Assembly: GCF_000017305.1 (NCBI RefSeq)
Contig: NC_009664.2
Coordinates: 2,790,001-2,822,000, forward strand
Reading direction: 5' to 3'
Length of the DNA: 32,000 nucleotides
DNA from: Kineococcus radiotolerans SRS30216 = ATCC BAA-149
GTDB taxonomy: Bacteria > Actinomycetota > Actinomycetes > Actinomycetales > Kineococcaceae
This document shows positions 7,935-15,683 of the stretch, piece by piece. The notes below the pieces were generated by a model. It was not told where the DNA came from and did not search any database. It saw only the letters and a list, made by a program, of their open reading frames with translations. Position 1 is the stretch's first letter, and the number at the start of each line of letters is the position of its first letter. The position numbers and the translations under genes are program-made.

Positions 7935-8035
7935 CGCAGCACCGTCTCACGAATCTCCTGCAGGGAGCTTGCTCCCCGACCGAACCCTCTTCACGCTGGA
8001 CGTGGATCAGTCCGCACCGACGAGGAGTGAGCACC

Positions 8036-9166
8036 ATGCGCATCGGCGTCCCCACCGAGGTGAAGAACCGCGAGTACCGCGTCGCGCTGACCCCCGCGGG
8101 GGTCCACGAGCTCGTCGGCCACGGCCACGAGGTGCTCGTCCAGGCCGGGGCCGGGCTCGGCAGCTCGCTGCCCGACGCCGACTACGAGGCCGCCGGCGCC
8201 AAGGTCCTCACCGACGTCGACGAGGTCTGGGGCGGGGCCGACCTGCTGCTCAAGGTCAAGGAACCGATCGCGGAGGAGCACCACCGCCTGCGCGCGGACC
8301 AGGTGCTGTTCACCTACCTGCACCTGGCCGCCTCCCGCCCCTGCACCGACGCCCTGCTCACCTCCGGCACCACCGCCATCGCCTACGAGACCGTCCAGTT
8401 GCCCGACCGCTCGCTGCCGCTGCTGGCCCCGATGAGCGAGGTCGCCGGCCGGCTCGCCCCGCAGGTCGGCGCGTACTCCCTCATGCGCGCCACGACGTCG
8501 GGCGGCGGCGGCCGCGGCGTCCTCATGGGCGGGGTCCCCGGCGTCCGCGGGGCCGACGTCGTCGTCATCGGGGCCGGGGTCTCCGGGCAGAACGCGGCCC
8601 AGATCGCCCTCGGCATGGGCGCCGAGGTCACCGTCCTGGACCTGTCGCTGCCCAAGCTGCGCGAGGTCGACGCCCGCTTCGGCGGCGCCGTGCGCACCAT
8701 CGTGTCGAACTCCTTCGAACTGGCCCGCGCCGTCCGCGGCGCCGACCTCGTCATCGGCGCCGTCCTCGTCCCCGGGGCCAAGGCGCCCAAGCTCGTCAGC
8801 GACGAGCTCGTCGCGCAGATGCGCCCGGGATCGGTCCTCGTCGACATCGCCATCGACCAGGGCGGGTGCTTCGAGAGCTCCCGCCCCACCACCCACGACG
8901 ACCCGACGTTCCCCGTCCACGGCTCGGTGTTCTACTGCGTCGCGAACATGCCCGGCGCGGTCCCGCACACCTCGACCTACGCCCTGACCAACGCGACCCT
9001 GCCCTACGTCGTGAAGCTCGCCGACCGCGGCTGGAAGGCGGCGCTGAGCGCCGACGCGGCCCTGGCCGGGGGGCTCTCGACCCACGCCGGTTCCCTGACC
9101 AACGCCGAAGTGGCTGCGGCGCACGGGCTCCCGGCGATCACCCTGGCCGAGGCGCTGGCCGGCTGA
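8036..9166 (+). CDS. ald: L-alanine dehydrogenase
   Basis: MRIGVPTEVKNREYRVALTPAGVHELV is the canonical Ald N-terminus. NAD fold: VVVIGAGVSGQNAAQIALGMGAEVTVLD. ATG 8036 lies 8 nt after GAGGAG (8022-8027). The track start at 8027 is likely too early. Confidence 0.93.
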   Translation: MRIGVPTEVKNREYRVALTPAGVHELVGHGHEVLVQAGAGLGSSLPDADYEAAGAKVLTDVDEVWGGADLLLKVKEPIAEEHHRLRADQVLFTYLHLAASRPCTDALLTSGTTAIAYETVQLPDRSLPLLAPMSEVAGRLAPQVGAYSLMRATTSGGGGRGVLMGGVPGVRGADVVVIGAGVSGQNAAQIALGMGAEVTVLDLSLPKLREVDARFGGAVRTIVSNSFELARAVRGADLVIGAVLVPGAKAPKLVSDELVAQMRPGSVLVDIAIDQGGCFESSRPTTHDDPTFPVHGSVFYCVANMPGAVPHTSTYALTNATLPYVVKLADRGWKAALSADAALAGGLSTHAGSLTNAEVAAAHGLPAITLAEALAG

Positions 9167-9182
9167 GCACCCCGCCGGCCGG
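9155..9182. terminator. Hairpin at the convergent ald / GCS2 junction
   Basis: ggccggc (9157-9163) / gccggcc (9174-9180), extendable by two pairs. The loop contains the ald stop codon. Weak, with no U-tract. Confidence 0.3.
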
Positions 9183-9187
9183 GCGGG

Positions 9188-10357
9188 TCAGACCTCGCGC
9201 ATCTCCTGCACCAGCGAGTCCACCACGTCGTGCAGCGGGTTCGGCGCACCCCGCTCGCAGCCGCGGGAGAACGTCGCCCGCTGGCGCTGGTAGCTGGCCC
9301 CCCGCTGCGGGATCCCCGCGACCAGCGCCAGGTCCTCGGCGCAGTCCAGCCGCCGGGCGACGGGTTCCAGCCGGTCCAGCCACTCGGTGAGGTCGTCGGT
9401 CACGAGGCGCTCGCGGCCCGCGGCGTCGACGATGATCTCGGCGTCCAGGCCGTAGCGGGCGGCGCGCCACTTGTTCTCCTGCACGTGCCACGGCGGCAGG
9501 GTCGGCAGGTCCTCGCCGGCCTCCAGGCGGGCGTCGAGGTGCACCACGAGGCAGTGGATGAGGGCCGTCACCGCCCGCAGTTCCCGCAGGGTGGGGGTGC
9601 CGTCGCAGACCCGGACCTCGATCGTCCCGAACTTGGGGGAGGGGCGGATGTCCCACCGGACGTCGGAGAGGCCGTCGATGACCCCGGTGACGAGCATGTC
9701 GTCGACGTAGTCCTCGAACTCGCCCCAGCCGCCGAACTGGAACGGCAGCCCGGCCGTCGGCAGCTGCTGGAACATCTGCGCCCGGTTGCTGGCGTAGCCG
9801 GTGTCGAAACCCGTCCAGTAGGGCGAGCTCGCCGACAGCGCCTGCAGGTGCGGGTAGTGGTTGAGCAGGGTGTTGAGGATCGGCAGGACCTTGTGCACCG
9901 AGTTCACCCCGACGTGCACGTGGACGCCCCAGATGAGCATCTGCCGGCCCCACCACTGGGTGCGCTCCAGCAGTTCGGCGTAGCGCTCGTCGGGGGTGAC
10001 GAGCTGCTCGTCCCAGCGGCCGAAGGGGTGGGTGCCCGCGGACATCAGCTGCAGGCCCATCGGGTCGGTGACCCGGCGGATCGCCGAGATCGTGCCCGTG
10101 AGGTCCTCCGCGACCTCCGCCACGGTGTCGCAGACGCCGGTGACGACCTCCAGGGTGTTGCGCAGCAGTTCCTTCGTGACCCGCGGCCCCGTCGCCGAGG
10201 CCTCCCGGTCCACCGCCGCCATCACCTCCGCCGCCCGCGGCGCGAGGTCGCGCGAGGCGGCGTCGACGAGCACCATCTCCCACTCGACGCCCAACGTCGG
10301 GCGGGGAGAGGCGTTGAACTCCACGGACCGGCGACCCACGCCACGATCACACCACAC
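9188..10357 (-). CDS. Glutamate-cysteine ligase family 2 (GCS2) / YbdK-like carboxylate-amine ligase
   Basis: RPTLGVEWEMVLVD matches the YbdK N-terminal TLGIELE block. About 380 aa, the typical length. GAGGG lies 8 nt upstream of GTG 10357. Internal GTGs at 10339 and 10324 are alternative starts. Confidence 0.85.
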   Translation of the reverse strand: MWCDRGVGRRSVEFNASPRPTLGVEWEMVLVDAASRDLAPRAAEVMAAVDREASATGPRVTKELLRNTLEVVTGVCDTVAEVAEDLTGTISAIRRVTDPMGLQLMSAGTHPFGRWDEQLVTPDERYAELLERTQWWGRQMLIWGVHVHVGVNSVHKVLPILNTLLNHYPHLQALSASSPYWTGFDTGYASNRAQMFQQLPTAGLPFQFGGWGEFEDYVDDMLVTGVIDGLSDVRWDIRPSPKFGTIEVRVCDGTPTLRELRAVTALIHCLVVHLDARLEAGEDLPTLPPWHVQENKWRAARYGLDAEIIVDAAGRERLVTDDLTEWLDRLEPVARRLDCAEDLALVAGIPQRGASYQRQRATFSRGCERGAPNPLHDVVDSLVQEMREV

Positions 10358-10404
10358 CGGTGCCGCCCTCGCCCTCCCGTCCCCGCGACCGTTACCGTCC
10401 GGGC

Positions 10405-11841
10405 GTGAGCGCTGAGCGGGAAGTGGACCGGGAAGTGGACGTCGTCGTCGTCGGGGCGGGACCGGTCGGGGAGAACGTCGCCGACCGGGCCGCGCGGACC
10501 GGCCTGGAGGTCGTGGTCGTCGAGAAGGAGCTCGTCGGCGGGGAGTGCTCCTACTGGGCCTGCATGCCCTCCAAGGCGCTGCTGCGCTCCGGTCAGGCCC
10601 TCGCCGCCGCGCGCCGGCTGCCCGGGGCGGCGGAAGCGGTCACCGGCGCGCTGGACGCGGCGAAGGTGCTGGAGCGGCGCGACCGCTTCACCAGCGGCTG
10701 GGACGACAGCGGCCAGGCGGGGTGGCTGGAGTCCGCGGGCCTCGGCCTGGTCCGCGGGACCGCGCGCCTGGACGGGCCCCGCCGGGTGGTCGTGGAGACG
10801 GGCGAGGGGGCCGTGACCCTGACCGCCCGGCGGGCCGTGGTGCTCGCCACCGGTTCCGTCCCCGTCCTGCCCGGCGTGCCCGGGCTGGCGGAGTCCCGCG
10901 TCTGGACCAGCCGGGAGGCGACCAGCGCGCAGGCCGTGCCCGGGCGCCTGGTCGTCCTCGGCGGGGGCGTCGTGGGGTGCGAGCTGGCCCAGGCCTGGGC
11001 CCGGCTGGGGTCGCGGGTCACGCTGCTGGCCCGCTCGGGCCTGCTCACCGGGCAGGAGGACTTCGCCGGGGAGCTCGTCGCCGCCGCGCTGCGCGCCGAC
11101 GGCGTGGACGTGCGGTTCGGCGCGCAGCTCTCCCGCGTGTCCCGCGACGACGCCGGGGTGCACGTCGTCCTCGCCGACGGCTCCACCGTCGACGCCGACG
11201 AGTTCCTCGTCGCCACCGGCCGGCGCCCCACGACCAGCGGGATCGGGCTGGAGACCGTCGGGCTGGAGGACGGCGGCGCCCTGGAGGTCGACGACACCGG
11301 CCTCGTCGCCGGGGTCGAGGGGTCCTGGCTGTACGCGGCCGGGGACGTGTCCGGGCGCCCGAAGCTCACCCACCAGGGCAAGTACGGCGGGCGCGTCGTC
11401 GGCGACGCCATCACCGCCCGCGCCTCGGGCGCGCTGATCGGGGACGCCCCCGCCTGGTCGCGCTGGACCACCACCGCCGACCACGCCGCCGTCCCGCAGG
11501 TCGTGTTCACCGACCCCGAGGTCGCCCAGGTCGGCCTGACCGCCGCGCAGGCCCGCGAGCGCGGGATCGACGTGAAGGTCGTCGACTACGAGATCGGCGA
11601 CGTCGCCGGGGCCTCCCTGGTCGCCGACGGCTACACCGGCAAGGCGCGGATGGTCGTCGACGAGCAGCGCCGGGTCGTCGTCGGCGTCACCTTCGTCGGC
11701 CAGGACGTCGCCGAGCTGCTGCACTCCGCCACGATCGCGGTCGTCGGCGAGGTGCCGCTGGACCGGCTGTGGCACGCCGTGCCCAGCTACCCCACGATCA
11801 GCGAGGTGTGGCTGCGGCTGCTGGAGACCTACGGCCTGTAG
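10405..11841 (+). CDS. FAD-dependent pyridine nucleotide-disulfide oxidoreductase (class I, CxxxxC redox centre)
   Basis: DVVVVGAGPVGENVA (FAD GxGxxG), GGECSYWACMPSK (redox-active CxxxxC) and LVVLGGGVVGCELAQ (NAD(P)H site), plus a C-terminal dimerisation region ending VPSYPTISEVW. GTG 10405 lies 6 nt after TACCGT (10393-10398), suggesting a leaderless start. Confidence 0.87.
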   Translation: MSAEREVDREVDVVVVGAGPVGENVADRAARTGLEVVVVEKELVGGECSYWACMPSKALLRSGQALAAARRLPGAAEAVTGALDAAKVLERRDRFTSGWDDSGQAGWLESAGLGLVRGTARLDGPRRVVVETGEGAVTLTARRAVVLATGSVPVLPGVPGLAESRVWTSREATSAQAVPGRLVVLGGGVVGCELAQAWARLGSRVTLLARSGLLTGQEDFAGELVAAALRADGVDVRFGAQLSRVSRDDAGVHVVLADGSTVDADEFLVATGRRPTTSGIGLETVGLEDGGALEVDDTGLVAGVEGSWLYAAGDVSGRPKLTHQGKYGGRVVGDAITARASGALIGDAPAWSRWTTTADHAAVPQVVFTDPEVAQVGLTAAQARERGIDVKVVDYEIGDVAGASLVADGYTGKARMVVDEQRRVVVGVTFVGQDVAELLHSATIAVVGEVPLDRLWHAVPSYPTISEVWLRLLETYGL

Positions 11842-11868
11842 GTCCCGGGGCCACCGCGCCCGCCCCGC

Positions 11869-12738
11869 TCAGTCGTGGACGGTGAGCAGGTGGTGCAGCA
11901 GGTCCGCCGACAGCGCGGCGTCGACGGGGCGCGGCGCGCCGTCGACGCTGCGCACGGGCGCGGACAGCCGGCCGCTGGAGACCAGCCACAGCGCGTCGGC
12001 GGTGTCCAGGTCCGCCCGGCGCAGGCGGGCGACCTCCGTGCGCTCGCCGCGGGCGGCGGCGAAGCCGAAGGCGCGGCCCTGGGTGGTGCCGTCGAGGATG
12101 CCCAGCTCCGGCGGGGGCGTCACCCAGCGGTCCCCGAACCGGGCGACGACGGTGGAGTTGGGGCCCTCGAGGACCTCCCCGTCGTCGGAGAGGAACACGA
12201 CGTCGTGGGCGCCGTGCGCGCGGGCGTGGCGCAGCGCGGCGGTGTTCAGCGCGTAGGACAGCGTCTTCGCGCCCTGCAGCAGCCACGGCGCGCGGGCGGC
12301 GACGTCACCGGGGTAGGCGCGGTCGAGGACGAGGACGTCGATGCCCTCGGTGCGCTCGCGGGCGTGGTCGACGGGGACGAAGGCGTGCGCCCAGCCCGTC
12401 GGGACGCCGCCGCCCTCGACGCCGCGGGTCAGGACGAGCTTCACGAGCAGCTCCGGGACCGGGTCGTGCGCGGCCGCGACCGCGCGGACCGCGCCGGCCC
12501 AGGCGCCCGCGTCGGGGGCGGGCAGGTCCAGCGCCGCCGCCGAGCGGGCGAAGCGGTCGAGGTGGTGGCGCAGGCTCTGCGGGTTCCCGCCCACGACCCC
12601 CACCGACTCGAAGACCCCGTCGCCGCGGGTCGCGCCGAGGTCGTCGACGCGCAGGTGCGCGGCGGCGGGGTCGGCGGGGGTGAACGTCGTCGTGCCGTCG
12701 GGGGCGAACGCGGCGAGGAGCAGGGCGGGGCTGGGCAC
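11869..12738 (-). CDS. Class IV aminotransferase family protein (aminodeoxychorismate lyase-like)
   Basis: VDDLGATRGDGVFES near the N-terminus and LQGAKTLSYALN (putative PLP lysine) are typical of fold-type IV / PabC-like proteins of actinobacteria. About 289 aa. Confidence 0.8.
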   Translation of the reverse strand: MPSPALLLAAFAPDGTTTFTPADPAAAHLRVDDLGATRGDGVFESVGVVGGNPQSLRHHLDRFARSAAALDLPAPDAGAWAGAVRAVAAAHDPVPELLVKLVLTRGVEGGGVPTGWAHAFVPVDHARERTEGIDVLVLDRAYPGDVAARAPWLLQGAKTLSYALNTAALRHARAHGAHDVVFLSDDGEVLEGPNSTVVARFGDRWVTPPPELGILDGTTQGRAFGFAAARGERTEVARLRRADLDTADALWLVSSGRLSAPVRSVDGAPRPVDAALSADLLHHLLTVHD

Positions 12739-12764
12739 GCGGACATCCTGCCCGCCCGCCGGGA

Positions 12765-12795
12765 CTCCCCCGGCCGCGGGTCGCGGCCGGGGGAG
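12765..12795 (-). terminator. Perfect 14-bp hairpin 7 nt downstream of the MBL hydrolase stop
   Basis: ctcccccggccgcg (12765-12778) / cgcggccgggggag (12782-12795), loop ggt. It sits between the MBL stop (12803) and the next minus-strand start (12738). Confidence 0.5.
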
Positions 12796-12802
12796 CGGGC
12801 GG

Positions 12803-13447
12803 TCAGAACTCCACGGGGGTCGTCCCGTCGAGGGGGCGGACGGCGAGACCGCCCAGGGTGGTGACCTGCCCGCCGTAGACGGCGCGCCCGGCGGGGGAGA
12901 GCAGCCCGTCGTGGATCAGCAGCCCCTCCCGGGCCCCGACCGCGCGGACGAAGTCGACGGTCTCCTTCGACGCCGCCCACGGGGCGTTGAGCGGGACCGC
13001 GAGGACGTCCACGCCCTCCGGGGTCGCCTCGTAGGAGTCGCCGGGGTGGAACAGCGTCGGCTCGCCCTCCGCGGAGAGCAGGAAGCCGACGTTGCCGATG
13101 CGGGCGACGTCGGCGTGGATGAGGGCGTGCCGGCCCCCCACCGCCGTCGTGGTGACGCCCGCGACGTCGAAGGACTCCCCCGGGTGCAGGGGCAGCGCCG
13201 GCAGGCCCGACTCGCTCAGCGACGCCGCGACCCCCGGCTCGGCGCGCAGGACCGCGCCGTCGTTGCCGTCGAGCAGGGACGGCAGCCGCTCGACGTCCAC
13301 GTGGTCGGGGTGGGCGTGGGTGACGAGGACGGCGTCGAGGCCCTCCAGCTCCTCGAAGCCGTGGCTGAGGGTCCCGGGGTCCAGCAGGACCCGGGCGGCA
13401 CCGGTCTCCACCAGCAGGCACGAGTGGCCGAAGTGCGTGACGCGCAT
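12803..13447 (-). CDS. MBL-fold metallo-hydrolase (about 214 aa, UlaG/COG2220-like)
   Basis: C-terminal part of track ORF 12803..15670. MRVTHFGHSCLLVETGAARVLLDPG and VLVTHAHPDHVD (HxHxDH motif). ATG 13447-13445 lies 2 nt after the upstream stop (13452-13450). Confidence 0.88.
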   Translation of the reverse strand: MRVTHFGHSCLLVETGAARVLLDPGTLSHGFEELEGLDAVLVTHAHPDHVDVERLPSLLDGNDGAVLRAEPGVAASLSESGLPALPLHPGESFDVAGVTTTAVGGRHALIHADVARIGNVGFLLSAEGEPTLFHPGDSYEATPEGVDVLAVPLNAPWAASKETVDFVRAVGAREGLLIHDGLLSPAGRAVYGGQVTTLGGLAVRPLDGTTPVEF

Positions 13448-13449
13448 GG

Positions 13450-15666
13450 TCACGGAACATACCCCCGCAGCTCGGCCCACACGGTCTTGCCCGCCCCCTC
13501 CGCCGCGACCCCCCAGGCGGCGCTGAGCGCCTCTACGATGGCCAGGCCGCGCCCGCCGAGGGCGTCCTCGCCCGCGTGGCGCTCGCGGGGGTGGCGGGTG
13601 GAGGCGTCGCGCACGGCGACGGTCAGGCGGCGGCGGGCCGGTTCGAAGCGCAGCGTGACGCCGGCGGCGGAGTCGGTGTGGACGAGGGCGTTGGTGACGA
13701 GCTCGCTGAGGACGAGCTCGGCCTCCTCGAGCAGGTCCTCGGCGTCCCAGGCGGTGAGGGCGGCGGCCAGGAAGGTGCGGGCGTGGGCGACCGCGCGCAG
13801 GTCCGAGGCCAGCGGGAGGACGGCCTCCTCGACCTGGGTGCTGGGACCCCGGTAGGCGAGCACGAGCATCGCCGCGTCGTCGTCGAGGCGGTGCGGGATG
13901 CCCGCCATGATGCGGCCCGCGAGCTCCTCGGGGTCCGTGCCCGAGGCGGCGAGGGCGTTGCGCCGCAACGCCCGTGCCCCGGACTCGAGCTGGTCGGAGC
14001 GGGACTCCACCACCCCGTCGGTGTACATCACCACCCGGCAGTCCCCGTCGAGGCGGTGCGACTGCTCGGGGTAGGTCGCGGCGTGCTCGACCCCCAGCGG
14101 CGGGCCCGGTTCCACCGACAGCTCGCTCAGGTCGTGCCCCCGCACGACCAGCGGCGGCGGGTGCCCGGCGCTGGCGACGGCGACGGTGCCCGCCTCCTGG
14201 TCCAGCCGCACCAGGCAGCAGGTGGCGAACAGCTCGTCGGTCTGGTCCACCAGCAGCCGGTTGGTGCGCTCCAGGGCGGCGCCGGGGCCGTGGCCCTCGC
14301 TGACGTAGGCCCGCACGGCGGTGCGCAGCTGCCCCATGAGGCCGGCGGCGGTGGTGTTGTGGCCCTGGACGTCGCCGATGACGAAGACCACCCCGTCGTC
14401 GACCTCCAGGGCGTCGTACCAGTCCCCGCCGACCTCCGCGCCGACGACGGCGGGCTGGTAGCGGACGGCGACGCGCACCCGGTCCAGGACGGGCAGGCGC
14501 TGGGGCAGCAGTCCCCGCTGGAGCGTGCGGGCGAGGTCGGTGAGGGCGGCGACGGAACCGGCGAGGCTCTCGCGGGCGGCGCGCTCGGCGTCCAGCAGCT
14601 GCGCGCGCTCCAGGGCCAGGGACACCTGGGCGGCGACGCTGGCGAACAGGGGCACCTCGCCCGCGCGGTCCTCCGGGCCCGGCCAATCCGCCGCGAGGGC
14701 CCCGACCGCGCGCCCGCTGCGCTCCACCAGGGGGACGGCCAGGCCGGAGCGCGGCGGCGCGTCGGGGACGCCGTGGGCCCGCAGGTACTCGGCGATCCGC
14801 TCGGGCGGGGCCACGACGGGCCGCCCGGTGAGCACGGCCTCGGTGACGGGGTTGCCGGCGTCGATGGCCATGGTGCCGGCGGTGGCCTCGTGCTCGGGGG
14901 AGACCGGCGGGTGGCCGTGGCGCACCAGGACGTCGCGCGCGTCGTCGCGCAGGTACAGCGCCACCGACACGCACCCCATCGCCTCGGCCACCCGGCGGGG
15001 CACCGCGCCGGTGATGTCGGCGGTGGTGGCGCTGGTGGAGAGCAGCGCGGTCACCGACTGCAGCAGCGCGGTGCGCGCCGCGGCCGCGGCGGCGGCGGCC
15101 TCGCGGTCCTCGGCGAGGCGGCGGGCCTCGAGCTGCTCCCCGAGCAGGAGCGCGTTGTCGATGGCGACGGCGGCCCCGCGCGCCGCGGACAGGGCCGTCG
15201 CCTCCGCCTCGGCGTCGAAGCGGCCGGGCGCGGAGTGCCCGAAGAGCATCGCCCCGATGACGTGGGTGGCGTCGTCGACGGCGGTGACGGGGACGGCGAG
15301 GTAGCTGCGGACGTCGCGGTGGGTGTCGGGCAGGCCGTGGGTGGAGCCGTGGCCGAAGCGGGGGTCGAGGTGGACGTCGTCGACGCGCACGGGGTCGGCG
15401 CCCTCGAAGGTGGGGGCGAACAGCGCGGTGTGCCGGACGGGCTCGGCCTCGGGGAACTCCCGCACGCCCGCCCCGGCGAGGGTCAGCAGGTCCAGGCGGT
15501 CGCCGTGCACGTCGCGGTCGTGGTAGAAGAACGCGCCGTACTCGGCGCCGACGGCCTCGGTGGTCGCCCGGGTGGCGGCGTCCAGGACGGTCCGCAGGTC
15601 CCGGCCGTCGCGCAGCGCGAGGTGCGTGATCGCCAGCAGGGGCTGGTCCCTCCGTCGCTCGACCAC
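13450..15666 (-). CDS. Multidomain signalling protein: GAF - GAF - PP2C/SpoIIE phosphatase - RsbW-like HATPase (anti-sigma-kinase-like) domain
   Basis: Two GAF-like regions (SYLAVPVTAVDDATHVIGAMLFGHSAPGRF; SGLAVPLVERSGRAVGALAADW). PP2C motifs: VGGDWYDAL, FVIGDVQGHN, VMYTDGVVE. C-terminus: ELVLSELVTNALVH (N box) and GGRGLAIVEAL (G2 box). Confidence 0.9.
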   Translation of the reverse strand: MVERRRDQPLLAITHLALRDGRDLRTVLDAATRATTEAVGAEYGAFFYHDRDVHGDRLDLLTLAGAGVREFPEAEPVRHTALFAPTFEGADPVRVDDVHLDPRFGHGSTHGLPDTHRDVRSYLAVPVTAVDDATHVIGAMLFGHSAPGRFDAEAEATALSAARGAAVAIDNALLLGEQLEARRLAEDREAAAAAAAARTALLQSVTALLSTSATTADITGAVPRRVAEAMGCVSVALYLRDDARDVLVRHGHPPVSPEHEATAGTMAIDAGNPVTEAVLTGRPVVAPPERIAEYLRAHGVPDAPPRSGLAVPLVERSGRAVGALAADWPGPEDRAGEVPLFASVAAQVSLALERAQLLDAERAARESLAGSVAALTDLARTLQRGLLPQRLPVLDRVRVAVRYQPAVVGAEVGGDWYDALEVDDGVVFVIGDVQGHNTTAAGLMGQLRTAVRAYVSEGHGPGAALERTNRLLVDQTDELFATCCLVRLDQEAGTVAVASAGHPPPLVVRGHDLSELSVEPGPPLGVEHAATYPEQSHRLDGDCRVVMYTDGVVESRSDQLESGARALRRNALAASGTDPEELAGRIMAGIPHRLDDDAAMLVLAYRGPSTQVEEAVLPLASDLRAVAHARTFLAAALTAWDAEDLLEEAELVLSELVTNALVHTDSAAGVTLRFEPARRRLTVAVRDASTRHPRERHAGEDALGGRGLAIVEALSAAWGVAAEGAGKTVWAELRGYVP

Positions 15667-15683
15667 TCACCGACCATAGGTCA

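Noticed and set aside
7935-8035. Lrp/AsnC-ald divergent pair and the imperfect palindrome ctcctgcagggag as something novel.
   Set aside because: An AldR-type Lrp regulator divergent from ald is a well-known actinobacterial arrangement. The palindrome is imperfect, and I cannot match it confidently to the published AldR site from memory.
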